Positions 11,646 through 24,067 of a DNA stretch of 64,000 bases are shown in pieces. Within the stretch, counting starts at the first letter, position 1, and the number at the start of each line of letters is the position of its first letter. The notes beneath the pieces were generated by a model that was given only the letters and a program-made list of their open reading frames with translations, made no database searches and had not been told where the DNA came from. Origin of the DNA: an uncultured Acidobacteriota bacterium (GTDB lineage Bacteria; Acidobacteriota; Polarisedimenticolia; J045); assembly GCA_963702425.1 (NCBI GenBank), contig CAVPCQ010000016.1, forward strand, positions 96,001 through 160,000, written 5' to 3'. Position numbers and translations under genes: made by a program.

Positions 11646-13811
11646 GTGCGCGCCGCCGCCCTGCTCCTGCTCGCCGCCGCCGGCCTGGCCGGGGCCGCCG
11701 TCGCCGCGCCCCCCGCCGCGCCCCCGAACCCGCCCGCCGCCGCGACCCCCCGCCCCAGCCTCCTGCTCGTCACCTTCGACACGACCCGCGCCGATCGCAT
11801 CGGCTGCTACGGCGCGAAGGACGCCGCCACCCCGGCGCTCGACGGCCTGGCCCGGCGCGGCGTGCGCTTCGCCGAGGCGCTCTCCCCTGCCCCGCTGACC
11901 CTCCCCGCCCACGCCTCGATCCTGACCGGCCGGTCCCCGCGCGAGCACGGCGCGCGCGACAACGAGGGCTACCGGCTGGCCGAGGCGCAGGTCACGCTGG
12001 CCGAGCGGCTGCAGGCGGCGGGCTACACGACGGCGGCCTTCGTCGGCGCGGCGGTGCTCGATCGCATCACCGGCATCGGGCAGGGGTTCGCGACCTTCGA
12101 CGACCAGGTGCGCGTCGGGCCCGAGCGCTGGTTCGCCTGGCAGGAACGCGCGGCCCAGCAGGTGGTCGACGCGGTCGACGCGCGGCTGGCCGGGCTGAAG
12201 CCGCCCTTCTTCCTGTGGGTCCACTTCTACGACCCGCACCTGCCCTACGTTCCCCCCGAGCCCTGGGCGGCGCGCTTCGCGAAGAGCCCCTACGACGGCG
12301 AGATCGCCTACGCCGACGCGCAGCTCGCGCGGCTGCTGGCGCGGCTGGCGGCGCGCGGGCTCGACCGCAGCCTCGTCGTCGCCGTCGCCGGCGATCACGG
12401 CGAGAGCCTGGGCGAGCACGGCGAGCCGGCGCACGACGTCTTCGTCTACCAGGCGACGCAGCGCGTGCCGCTGATCCTCGCCGGGCCGGGGGTCGCGGCC
12501 GGGCGCGTCGTCGAACAGCGGGTCGGACTGGTCGATCTGGCGCCGACGCTGGCCGAGCTGCTGGGCGTTCCCTTCCCGGAAGCGAGCGGGCGCTCGCAGG
12601 CCCCCTGGATCCGGCCGGCTCCCGCGCCGCCGAAGCCCGCCGAGCCGCGCCTTCTCGAGATCGAGAGCGTCTTCCCGGCGCGCGCCTACGGCTGGGCGCC
12701 GCTCTTCGGCGCCGTGCAGGGGAATCTCAAGTACATCGACGCCCCGCGGCCGGAGCTGTACGACCTGGCGCGCGACCCGCGGGAGTCGACGAACCTGCTC
12801 GACGGCGCGTCGCGCGACGCCGCCGCGCGCGACGCGATCGACCGCGGACGGGCGCTGGCCGCGCGGGTCCACGAGCTGTTCGCGAAGGACGCTGCCGCCC
12901 TCGCTGCGGGGGACGCGCCGGCGGGCGAGGCCGTCGTCGATCCCGAGCAGCGCGAGCGGCTCGCCGCGCTCGGTTACGCGGGCGGCTCGGCGTCGCGGCC
13001 GGGCGACCCGCGGATCGATCCCAAGGACGGCATGACCTTCATCGGCGACCTCGACCGCGCCCGCGAGCGGCTGCAGCGGGGCGACCCGAAGGAGGCCGCC
13101 GCGCTCGCCGCCCGCGTGCTCGCGAGGAACCCGCAGAACCTCCCGGCGCGACTCGCGCTGGGCCAGGCGCAGCTCGCGTCGGGCGACGCGCGGGCCGCGC
13201 AGGCGACCTTCGAGCAGGCGATCGCCCGCGCGCCCGACGACCCGCTGCCGCGGCTGCAGCTCGGCAACGCGCTGCGCCGCCTGGGCGCGACCGATCCCGC
13301 CGCGGCCAAGGCCGCGGCCGAGAGCTACCGCGAAGCGCTCGCGCTGCAGCCGCGCCACGCCCCGACCGTCTACGCGCTGGCCTCGCTGCTGGTCGAGCGC
13401 GGCGACCTCGCGGGCGCCTGCGCCGTGCTCGAGGATGCCGAGCGGCGCGGCGTCGCCGACGGCGCGCTCCTGACGCTGCGCGGTGCGAGCGAGGCGGCGC
13501 GCGGCCGCGCCGAGGCCGCCGACGCCGCCTTCGCGCGCGCGCTGGCGCTCGACCCGTCGGCGGCGCAGGCGCTGGAAGCGCGCGGCAAGCTGGCGTACGC
13601 ACGCGGCGACGCGGCGGCGGCGGCGGGGTTCTACCGGCAGGCCCTGGCCGTCGAGCCGTCGGCCGCGCTGGCGCGCACGCTCGGCGCGATCCTCTGGTTC
13701 GACCTGAAGGACGCCGCCGGTGCGCGGGCCGCCCTGCAGCAGGCGCTCGTGCTGGAACCGGCCGGCCCGGACGCGGACGAGGTCCGCGCCCTCCTGGCGG
13801 AGATCCGCTGA
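11646..13811 (+). CDS. Sulfatase-like hydrolase/transferase with C-terminal TPR repeats
   Basis: VTFDTTRAD, PLTLPAHASILTG, WVHFYDPH, YDGEI, GDHGESLGEHGE, followed by Ala-rich TPR helices; signal peptide after GTG 11646. Confidence 0.85.
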   Translation: MRAAALLLLAAAGLAGAAVAAPPAAPPNPPAAATPRPSLLLVTFDTTRADRIGCYGAKDAATPALDGLARRGVRFAEALSPAPLTLPAHASILTGRSPREHGARDNEGYRLAEAQVTLAERLQAAGYTTAAFVGAAVLDRITGIGQGFATFDDQVRVGPERWFAWQERAAQQVVDAVDARLAGLKPPFFLWVHFYDPHLPYVPPEPWAARFAKSPYDGEIAYADAQLARLLARLAARGLDRSLVVAVAGDHGESLGEHGEPAHDVFVYQATQRVPLILAGPGVAAGRVVEQRVGLVDLAPTLAELLGVPFPEASGRSQAPWIRPAPAPPKPAEPRLLEIESVFPARAYGWAPLFGAVQGNLKYIDAPRPELYDLARDPRESTNLLDGASRDAAARDAIDRGRALAARVHELFAKDAAALAAGDAPAGEAVVDPEQRERLAALGYAGGSASRPGDPRIDPKDGMTFIGDLDRARERLQRGDPKEAAALAARVLARNPQNLPARLALGQAQLASGDARAAQATFEQAIARAPDDPLPRLQLGNALRRLGATDPAAAKAAAESYREALALQPRHAPTVYALASLLVERGDLAGACAVLEDAERRGVADGALLTLRGASEAARGRAEAADAAFARALALDPSAAQALEARGKLAYARGDAAAAAGFYRQALAVEPSAALARTLGAILWFDLKDAAGARAALQQALVLEPAGPDADEVRALLAEIR

Positions 13812-14776
13812 TGGAAGTCCTCGAGCTGGCGCGCACCAACCTGCTCTCGCCGATCGTGCTGGCGTTCGTGCTGGGCGTGATCGCGACGCTGGTGAAGAGC
13901 GACCTCGAGATTCCCGAGCCGCTGGTGCAGGGGCTGTCGATCTACCTGCTGCTGGCGATCGGGATCAAGGGCGGCGCGGCCCTGTCCGAGGCCAGCCTGG
14001 CCCAGCTCGCCGGGCCGGCGCTCGCGACGATTCTGCTCGGCGTCGCGATCCCGGTCGTCTGCTACGCCGTCCTGCGCCGGGTCGGGAAGTTCGCGGCCGC
14101 CGACGCGGGAGCGGTCGCGGCGGCGTTCGGCTCGGTCTCGGTCGTGACCTTCATCGCCGCCAACACGCTCGGCCAGCTGCGCGGCACGCCGCCGGAGGGG
14201 TTCATGCCGGCGCTGGTCGCGATGCTGGAGGTCCCCGGCATCCTCGTCGCGCTCGGCCTGGCGGCCAGCGCGGAGCATCGCAAGGAGCCCTGGGGCGCGG
14301 TGCTGCGCGAGACGCTCTTCGGCCAGAGCATCGTCTGCCTGCTCGGCGGGCTCGTGATCGGCTGGGTCACCGGCAAGCCGGGGCTCGACGAGGTCGCCGG
14401 CTTCTTCGTCACGCCGTTCAAGGGGGCGCTGGTGCTCTTCCTGCTCGAGCTGGGGATGGTGGCGGCCAAGCGGCTGCGCGACCTGCGTGCCGCCGGCCCG
14501 TTCCTGGTCGGCTTCGGGCTGGTGGCCGCCCCGGTCTTCGGGATCGCGGGCGTCTTCGCCGGCCAGCTCTCCGGGCTCTCGCCGGCGGGCGCGGCGGTGA
14601 TGGGGGCGATGGCCGGCTCGGCCTCGTACATCGCCGCCCCGGCCGCGGTCCGCGCCGGCCTGCCCGACGCCAATCCGGCCTACTACCTGCCGCTGGCGCT
14701 CGGCGTCGTCTTCCCGTTCAACCTGACGATCGGGATCCCGCTCTACTACGAGCTCGCGAAACTAACGGCGCGGTAA
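13811..14776 (+). CDS. sbtA: Sodium-dependent bicarbonate transporter family permease (Sbt_1 / SbtA-like)
   Basis: KSDLEIP, YLLLAIGIKGG, GSVSVVTF, SASYIAAPAA, FPFNLTIGIPLY; ATG overlaps the upstream TGA. Confidence 0.85.
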   Translation: MEVLELARTNLLSPIVLAFVLGVIATLVKSDLEIPEPLVQGLSIYLLLAIGIKGGAALSEASLAQLAGPALATILLGVAIPVVCYAVLRRVGKFAAADAGAVAAAFGSVSVVTFIAANTLGQLRGTPPEGFMPALVAMLEVPGILVALGLAASAEHRKEPWGAVLRETLFGQSIVCLLGGLVIGWVTGKPGLDEVAGFFVTPFKGALVLFLLELGMVAAKRLRDLRAAGPFLVGFGLVAAPVFGIAGVFAGQLSGLSPAGAAVMGAMAGSASYIAAPAAVRAGLPDANPAYYLPLALGVVFPFNLTIGIPLYYELAKLTAR

Positions 14777-14825
14777 GCGTATCAGGCCGCCCCATGGCGT
14801 CTCTCCTGGGCAAAGGAGAGACACC

Positions 14826-15626
14826 ATGAGCCGCTCGATCCGCACCGCCGTTCTCTCGCTCCTCGCGCTGGGCGCGATCTCCGTTGCTGCACCTCCCGCC
14901 CGGGCCGCGAGTTCCTCCCTTCCGACGATCGTCGCGCTGGTCAACGCCGGCGTCGACGGCAACGCTGCCGGCAAGGCCCGGTACGAGGTCCGCCGCGACC
15001 GCACGCGGTTCTCGGTCGAGGTCGAGAAGCTCGACGCCGGGAGCTACGAGCTTCGGGTCGGCGGCGCCGCGCAAGCATCGCTCGCCGTGAACTCGCTCGG
15101 CCGCGGCAAGGCCGAGTTCTCGACCAAGCGCACCGGCGCCGACCGGATGAAGCTGCCGCTCGACTTCGATCCCAGCGGGCAGCTGATCGAGGTCGTGCAG
15201 GGCGGCACCGTGTTCCTGTCCGTCGTCTTCCCGAGTGCCACGGGCGGCAACGGTTCGGGCGGCGGCAGCGGCTCGGGCGGCGGCGGCGGCGTCCCGGCCG
15301 ACCAGCGCACCCGGGTCGACCTGGTCTCGACCGGTGCGATGGCCAAGGCCAAGGGCTTCACGGAGTACCGCGTCGACTCCGGCCGGATCCGCTTCAAGGT
15401 CGAGATCGAGGACGTCCCGGCCGGATCCTACGCGGTCGCCGTCGACGGCATGCAGCGCGCCACGCTGGTGGCGGCGCGCGACGCCTCCACCGGCGAGATC
15501 CAGGGCGAGGTCCAGTTCGACACGAAGAGCGAGGCCGGCAAGCTCCCGCTCACCTTCGACCCGCGCGGCAAGCTGGTCGCGGTGCAGGACGGGGCCACGA
15601 CGATCCTGCAGGTCGTCTTCCCCTGA
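14826..15626 (+). CDS. Secreted hypothetical protein with two tandem homologous domains
   Basis: RBS AAGGAG, signal peptide, two copies of RF.VE.E...GSY...F.TK...KLPL.FDP.G...VVFP joined by a Gly/Ser linker. Confidence 0.75.
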   Translation: MSRSIRTAVLSLLALGAISVAAPPARAASSSLPTIVALVNAGVDGNAAGKARYEVRRDRTRFSVEVEKLDAGSYELRVGGAAQASLAVNSLGRGKAEFSTKRTGADRMKLPLDFDPSGQLIEVVQGGTVFLSVVFPSATGGNGSGGGSGSGGGGGVPADQRTRVDLVSTGAMAKAKGFTEYRVDSGRIRFKVEIEDVPAGSYAVAVDGMQRATLVAARDASTGEIQGEVQFDTKSEAGKLPLTFDPRGKLVAVQDGATTILQVVFP

Positions 15627-15786
15627 GGTTTCAAGGGGCCCCTCCCCCGGGGCCCGCCCCAGCCCGTCCCCGGGACCCCCCTCCCGGGGGCGGGCGTTCT
15701 CCTGCCGGATTCGGGCTGGTCCCCCGCGCGGCACGAGGCGCCCGTCCGCGCTTTCGTTGGGAATGGAACGGTTGCCGGGGGGCATG

Positions 15787-16353
15787 TCAGCGGCGTGGAC
15801 CAGCGGCATCACGGCCGTGCCGGCCCGTGTGCTGCGCACTCCTGAGTGGCCACACCACTTCACCACGACGAGAAGCGGGCTCCAGCAGTACGACTGCCTT
15901 CTCTGCCAGCCGGCGAGCGGACTCAGTTCGCCCGCCGACAAGATAGCGCCGGATAGCCGTTGCGGGATCTTCACCTTCGTTGGCGTCGATGGAGCGGCCG
16001 ATGAGATCGACGCAGCGCCCAAGATACTCGGAGCGCACCGTGGACCGACCGAACCGAGGGTCGCCCAGCGCGCGCTCGCCCCGTCGCCTGGGAGGGAAAG
16101 CGCCTTCGGGATGAAGGCGGAAGAAAGTCCACACATCCCAGTCCTTCACGCCGTTTCGGCCGTCGACGAAGTGTAGGGCCGCGCCCTGGCAAAGCGCAGT
16201 GCACAACACGCGTGCTCGATAGAGCCGGCCCCAGCGTGGATTGCGACGAAAGAACGCCTCGCGGTCTTCCGCCGCGATCAACGCCAGTCGGGCGAGAACC
16301 GCGTCGTCGATCGGCAAGTAACTGCGCTCCGTGACCCCGTTTGCGTCAGGCAT
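15787..16353 (-). CDS. Hypothetical cassette protein, possible nucleotidyltransferase-fold
   Basis: RBS GGAGGTG before ATG 16353, directly after an attC-like site; LCQGAALHF...KDWDVWTFF with a later VDL. Confidence 0.6.
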   Translation of the reverse strand: MPDANGVTERSYLPIDDAVLARLALIAAEDREAFFRRNPRWGRLYRARVLCTALCQGAALHFVDGRNGVKDWDVWTFFRLHPEGAFPPRRRGERALGDPRFGRSTVRSEYLGRCVDLIGRSIDANEGEDPATAIRRYLVGGRTESARRLAEKAVVLLEPASRRGEVVWPLRSAQHTGRHGRDAAGPRR

Positions 16354-16383
16354 CGCACCTCCTGCAGAGGCGGTATTCATGCG

Positions 16384-16443
16384 GTCCAGCGCTCCGGTTC
16401 AGCGGCGGCGAGAAACGCCCTCCGCTGCATGCTGTTGTTCGGC
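16384..16443 (-). mobile_element. attC-like integron recombination site
   Basis: GCCGAAC-AACAGCATGCAGCGG...CCGCTGAACCGGAGC-GCTGGAC, 60 bp imperfect palindrome. Confidence 0.75.
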
Positions 16444-16511
16444 GCCCCCTCGCCGATGACTTGGTCCACGTGAACCGAGGGAATGTGCGCCCGAGTTGCG
16501 ATGCCCGCCGC

Positions 16512-18041
<1,530 letters not shown>

Positions 18042-18045
<4 letters not shown>

Positions 18046-19511
18046 AGGTCGGCGGTCAACTCCTCGAGGTCCTGAGGGATGTAGCCGGCGCGCTCGGCGG
18101 CGAGACGCGTGTCCGGGGAGTGGCGGGTGGCGATAGCGGCCTTCTCGACGCGCCATCCCTGGAGTCGAGCCATGTACTTCATGAAGCGCGCGACGTGGGC
18201 GTCGAAGCCGGAGAAGTCCGGGGCGAGCGCTTCGGCGGACCGTTTGCAGGTTCCCAGCCGGACGACGCGGTCGAGCTCGTTCAAGGCGACGAGATCGATC
18301 TCCGTGTCGCCCCGGTCCCAGAACCCCTGAACTCGCTGAGTCAACCGGAACCCCTCCAACCCCTTGCGGCTGCGTTCTTCGTATAGGGTGGCCACGAGCT
18401 TCTCGAAGCCGTGCCCCTCCGCATCGGCGAGGCGCTGGTCGGCCTCTTTCACGAGATCGTCGACTGGTCGGAAGTTCACCGACGCGGCGGGCGCCGCGAG
18501 GGCGGCGAGCCACGAGCGGAGGAAGTTGTCGGAGATGTAGTAGCGGCCGTTCCGCTCCGTGCTCTTCGCGAAGATCGGCTGCAGCTGCTCGACCATGCGG
18601 TAACGCTCCCGTAGAACCTTGACGTAGCCGCCGATCTGTTTCTCGGCGTCGGGCTCGACGGAGCGTGCGTGGTCGTGGATCTTCCCGTTCGTGCAGCCGG
18701 GATGACGAGCGATGTATTTGAGCACCAGGTCGTAGCGCCCGCGCAACTCACGCAGGAACCAGTTCTCGGCCTCGGTGCGCAGCGGCGACGAACTCGAGAA
18801 GAACAACTCGCGCAGGAGTTCGCGCCGGTCCGCGGACAAGACCCCTTCTTCGTAGGCGTCGCGGTAGAACTTCGGGACGCCCTCAAAGAGGTTCCAGAGG
18901 AACAGCAGGCGCTCTGCCTCGGACCTGGTGTGTGCGCGCAGAATCTCCAGCACGGACGCGATGTCCAGGTGAGGGACATCGAGGGAGTGCGTCAGCCGTG
19001 CGAACAGAGGTGCGCCTCGGTCCTCCAGGAGGGCCGCCATCTCGGTGTGGATCGACCCCAGGACGACCAGGCCGCCTTCGACCTCGGCCGCGTCCCGCGC
19101 GAGCCGGTCGACCTCCAGCTGCAGGTGCGAGGTGAATTCGAACAGCGCCTTGCGGTGGAAGTACTGGAACTCGTCGACGGCGACGACGTAACCGCGCCGG
19201 ACGAGCTCGCCGATCGAGGAGGCGAGCGACCGGAGGTCCGTGGGCGGAGGGACGTCGACTCGGAACAGCTCGAAAAAGTCGCGCGCGGTGGCGACCACGC
19301 CGGCCGGGTCCGAGTCGGGCACCTGGATGTACAGGACCTTCTCGTGGCCCTCCGCCTGGAGGGCCTGCTGGACCAGGCTGGTCTTTCCGATGCGGCGCCG
19401 GCCGGACACCTTGAGGAAGAACCAGCGCCGGCGGCGGAGGATTCCCCGGAGGGTGTCCAACTCGTCGCGACGGCCGTAAAAGGCCCATTTGCCTGAGTTT
19501 AGAGCGTTCAT
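18042..19511 (-). CDS. ATP-binding protein of the archaeal ATPase/DUF234 type (AAA, wHTH, PD-(D/E)xK-like C-terminus)
   Basis: FYGRRDEL, Walker A GRRRIGKT, Walker B VDEFQY, C-terminal FWDRGDTEIDLVAL...GTCK. Confidence 0.85.
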
Positions 19512-19514
19512 AGA

Positions 19515-19540
19515 TTTAAGGTAAAAACTTTTACCTTAAA
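19515..19540. promoter_or_regulatory. AT-rich perfect inverted repeat (operator-like) just upstream of the ATPase start
   Basis: TTTAAGGTAAAA-AC-TTTTACCTTAAA; the minus strand also has TTGCAT-N17-TAAAAG overlapping it. Confidence 0.6.
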
Positions 19541-19579
19541 CTTGGCGGCCATGCAAGCCCTTTCTGGGGCCCGCGTCGA

Positions 19580-21196
19580 TCAGGCGCGGGCGTTCGTCCT
19601 GACCCGCGCGCGGCGAGGGCTCCGCGCCGTCTCGTCGCCGGTGGATTTGCGCTCGGCGCGGATGCGTTCGAGGAGGACGGACGCGGGCTCGTCGGTTGGG
19701 TCCTGGTCCACGAGGCGGCCCTCGAAGGCCCACTTGAGGATGGATTGGCGGAGGCGGGAGCAGCGGACAACTTCGCGTCGACATCGCTCCTAGCAAAGCG
19801 TCGGCCACAGAGAGGTGCGCTCGACCACCGAGTCGCGTATTCGCCGCTGCTCGGCGCGCGGAGGAACGGGGACGGGGAGTCCGCGAAGCTTCGTCATGTT
19901 GATCGACCTAGGTTCGTGGTGTGCTTGCCCTCGTCGAAGAAGTACTGCTGCCCGGCCTGTGTTGCCGTACCAAGAGAGCAGCTCGGGAAGAAGATCATCC
20001 GTAAGGATGCGAGCCCGAAACACATGGTTCTGATGGATGCACTCAGGCAACTCTTCTCTCCAGATCCACCCTCGACCAAGCTTGTCTCTGTCGCCGCCTT
20101 CGTTGAACAGCACGTCGCCCGGCTCCAAGCGCAGTTCCGCGACCTGCGATTCGCTAGCCTCAATGGTCTTCATCTCCGAAAGATCCAAGAAGCCGCGCTG
20201 AACGTTCGCGACCCGGAGATACGGAACCGCCCGATAGTGTTCCTCCTTCTTGGGCTTCTGTCCCTTGGTGATCCCCCCCCTCACCGTGGCTAGCATGTCC
20301 AGCGTCGCCCAGCACCATCCCTCCGGCAGCTCGGGCAGCTCGCTCGTATCCGGCGCGACCGGCTCCACGTACTTCGCCTTCCACTTGTCGTCCTTCGGCG
20401 CTTGGCCCTTGGTCGTCATCTTCGCCAGCTCGGCTTCCTCCCAGCGGCGGCGGCGTTCGGCGAGGATTCGCGAGAGGAGCACCGAGGCCGGCTCGTAGCT
20501 TCGGCCCTCGGCGCGGGCCAGCTCCGCCTCGGTCGGTACCAGCCGCCCTTCGACGGCAGCCTTGAGCACCGAGGCCCGGTAGCGCTTCAGGTTGCGCTGC
20601 ACCCGCTCCAGCGTCGCCACCGCGTCGTCGAGCCGAGTGAAGTAGGACTCGATGGCGGAGACGATGCGGTGCTGTTCGGGGAGGGGCGCCAGCACTACGG
20701 GCAACCTCTTGAAGCGGCCGTGGGTCAGATTGAGCCCGCTATCGCTGATCCCCGTCTTCATCCGGTCGATAGCCGCCTGTGCCGGGTTTGCCAGGAGGTA
20801 GGATTCAAGGTAGCGGGGTTCGACGAGGCCCTGTCGCGCTCGGAAGCGGTACATCTTGCCTGACAGGATCAAACGGGGGCGCGTTTCACGGACGAGGCAC
20901 GGCACGCCGCACCGTGCACGGGGGCCTGCGCAGGTTAGAAGTAGGTCACCGGCCTGGACCTCAAGGTTCGTCCGGGGGGACAGCTCGTCCGGAAGCCTCT
21001 TGTTGTGCTCGTCGTGAAAGGCCCCGGGCTGAATCGAGGTCGTTTTCAAGACCCCCCATTCATCCTCCGAGCGCGCAGGCTCCTTGTGACACTGCGGACT
21101 CCATCCGTGATCAAGCAACTGCCCCTCAGCCAGCGGCTCAAGCAACTCCGCGATCGGAGCAACAATCCAGCTTGCCGGGGTCTCAGGCGCGCTCAT
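19580..21196 (-). CDS. hsdS: Type I RM specificity subunit (frameshifts near the 3' end)
   Basis: Two TRDs with PLPEQHRIV, SVLKAAVEGRLVP, ELPEGWCW, PYLRVANVQ; final LRQSILKWAFEGRLV in a shifted frame ending TGA at 19580. Confidence 0.9.
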
Positions 21197-24067
21197 GCCG
21201 CCAACACCTCATTCAGCTCATCCAGCACCCTGGGCAAGTCCTCCCCGAACACCTGCGCCGCCTTCCCCCGTCCGCCCGCCTCCGCGAACGGCGCGTAGTC
21301 CAGATCCTCGACCGTCATCTCCAGGCTCGTCGCGATGTGGTCGCGCATCATCTCGAGCCAGCGGCGCTGCTCGGCGGTGAACGGCGCGCCCCGGTTCTCC
21401 TGCTGCGCCATCCACGCGTCGAACCGCGTGCGCACCTGCTCGCCGAACGGCACCAGCTCGTCGTCCTTGTGCGTCGCGAAGCGCACCAGCGAGACGATGT
21501 CTGTGAGCAGCCGCTTCCCCGACGCGCCCCGCACCTTGTCCTTCCTCAGCGTCTCGTAGGCCCGCCAGAGCTTCTCTGGCGTCCACGCGCGGGGCGGCGC
21601 CTTGATGGCCTCGGCCAGCGCCTTGATGTCATTGAACGACAGCCGCTTCGAGTACGGCTGCGCGTAGAAGAACTGGAGCGCGTCGATCTCGTCCTTGTGT
21701 TCCTCGATGAAGCGCTCGAAGTCGGCGACGAGCGACCGCGCCTTCTCCTTCGCCTCAGGGCTCGCGCCGGCTTCCGAGCAGCTCGTCCGGCGACACTTCG
21801 TCGATCACCTGCTCCATCTCGCGCTTGAGGTCCACGAGCAGGGTGCGGAGCGCGGGCTTCGTGGCGAGCGGCTCGGTGGCGCGCTTGAGCAGCGACTCGG
21901 CGGCCTGCTTCACCTGGCTCGCGGTCGGCTCCGCATCCGCGGGCACCGCGAACGCGTGGCGCGCTTCGGCGATCTGCCGGTCGGGGTCGAGGCCCTCGAC
22001 GATGGCGCCGCAGATCGCGGGGAGCTTCACCCCTCCCGACGCTTCCACGACCCGCGCCTGTTCCTCGGGTCCGCACTGCTTGGCGATCCGCGCGAGGCGA
22101 CTCGCGAGCGACGAGAGCACCTCCGCGTCGGTTCCGCCCATCGCCACGTGCTCGAGCAGCGCCTTGAGGCTCACCGTCCGCTGGCGCTCCAGCGGCTGGG
22201 TGTCGGCGAGCTGGGTCTCGGTCATGCCGACGCAGTCCACGATCACGAAGTGCGTCTTGGCGACGGCGTCCTCGCCGCTCACGGCGCGCAGGTCGGTCGG
22301 GTCGATGATGCGCACGCCGCGCCCCTTCATCTGCTCGAAGAGCACGCGGCTCTTCACGGCGCGCATGAACATCACGATCTCGATCGGCTTGATGTCGGTG
22401 CCCGTGGCGACCATGTCCACGGTCACGGCGATGCGCGGCTCGTACTGGTTGCGGAAGGCCTGGATCAGGTCGCGCGGGTTCGCGGCCGGTGACCTTGTAG
22501 GTGATCTTCTGGCAGAAGGCGTTGCCGCGACCGAACTCGTCGCGCACGATCTCGACGATGTCCTCGGCGTGGCTGTCGTCCTTGGCGAAGATCAGCGTCT
22601 TCGGGACCTCCTTGCGGCCGGGGAAGATGTCCACCGGCAGCCGGTCGCGGAACGTGCGGATGATGGTGCGGATCTGGTCCTTCGCCACGACGCGGCGGTC
22701 CAGCTCGTTCGGGTCGTAGGAGAGGTCCTCGTCGGGCGACTCCCAGCGCAGCGCGCGGGTCTGGCGGTCGCGGTAGCCGAGCATCGTGTCGGGGTGCGCT
22801 TCGACCGTGGCGCCCTGCTCGGTGATCTTCGTGCGGATGTTGTAGACCTCGAAGTCCACGTTGACGCCGTCGGCCACGGCGCGCGCGTGGTCGTACTCCA
22901 TGACGAGGTTCTTGTTGAAGAAGCCGAGCGTCTGCTTGCTCGGCGTGGCCGTGAGGCCGACGAGGAAGGCGTCGAAGTACTCCACCACCTGCCGCCACAG
23001 GGTGTAGATCGAGCGGTGCACCTCGTCGATCACCACCACGTCGAAGTACTCGGGCGGGTAGGCGGCGTTGTAGACCACCGGCAGCGGCTCCTTCAGGGCG
23101 GCGCCGCCGGTCTCGAACTGCGAGCCTTCTTCCAGCGTGGGGTCGAGCTCGGGCTCGCCCTTGAGCATCGAGTAGACCCGCTGGATCGTCGAGATGACGA
23201 CGCGGCTCGAGTCCATGATGGTGTTCGAGGAGAGGCGCTGGACGTTGTACAGCTCGGTGAAGAGCCGGTGGCTGTCGGGGGCGCGGTAGCCCTGGAACTC
23301 CTTCTCGGCCTGCTCGCCGAGGTTGCTGCGGTCCACCAGGAAGAGCACGCGGCGCGCGCCGCCGTACTTGATGAGCCGGTAGATGGCCGTGATGGCGGCG
23401 ATCGTCTTGCCCGAGCCGGTCGCCATCTGGATCAGCGCGCGGGGGCGGTTCTTCTTGAAGGAACTGCTCGAGGTTCGTCACCGCCTCGATCTGGTTCGGG
23501 TAGAGCGAGCCATGTTCGAGCGGCGGCAGCGTCTGAGGCGCGCGCGGAAGGAGGCGGGTCGCGTGTCGTCGGCGCGCGGTGTAGAGGCCGCCCCTCGGCG
23601 TGCAGGCGCTTGACCCAGGCGTCGAGCGTCTCGGCGCCGATCCACTCGGCGAGCGTCGCGGGCCGGTGGATGTGCGGGAGGTTGGCGGAGATGGCGCGCG
23701 TCTTCGGGTCGGGGTCGAGGCCGTTGATGAAGCGGGTTTCGACCCCGGTGCTGAGGTAGAGGAACGGGAGTGGGTGCACGGGCGGGTTGAGCCCGGCGGG
23801 GAGCCCGGTGGCGTACTTGTCGGCCTGCAGTTCCACGTTGGTCAGCGCGTAGCCAGCGGGTTTGGCCTCGAGCACGCCGACGGCCTTGCCGTTCACGAAG
23901 AGCAGGTAGTCGGCGAAGCCGTGCCCGGACGCCATCTTGAACTCCCGCACGGCCACGCCCGGCGCGGCGGCGAGGTTCATCGCCGCGCGGTCCTGGACGA
24001 TCCACCCAGCGGCTTCCAGCGCGGCGTCGATTCCGATGCGGGCCTGCTGTTCGGGCGTCGGGCTCAT
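21193..24067 (-). CDS. hsdR: Type I RM endonuclease/helicase subunit, EcoEI_R_C-like C-terminus (frameshifted)
   Basis: ADYLLF...VLEAK nuclease motif, MATGSGKT, IDEVHRSIY, GLTATP, QMKGRG, C-terminal LDELNEVLAA. Confidence 0.9.

Noticed and set aside
15634-15700. GC-rich hairpins after the tandem-domain gene as an intrinsic terminator
   Set aside because: Stems are irregular and lack a clear U-tract; not enough support to call.
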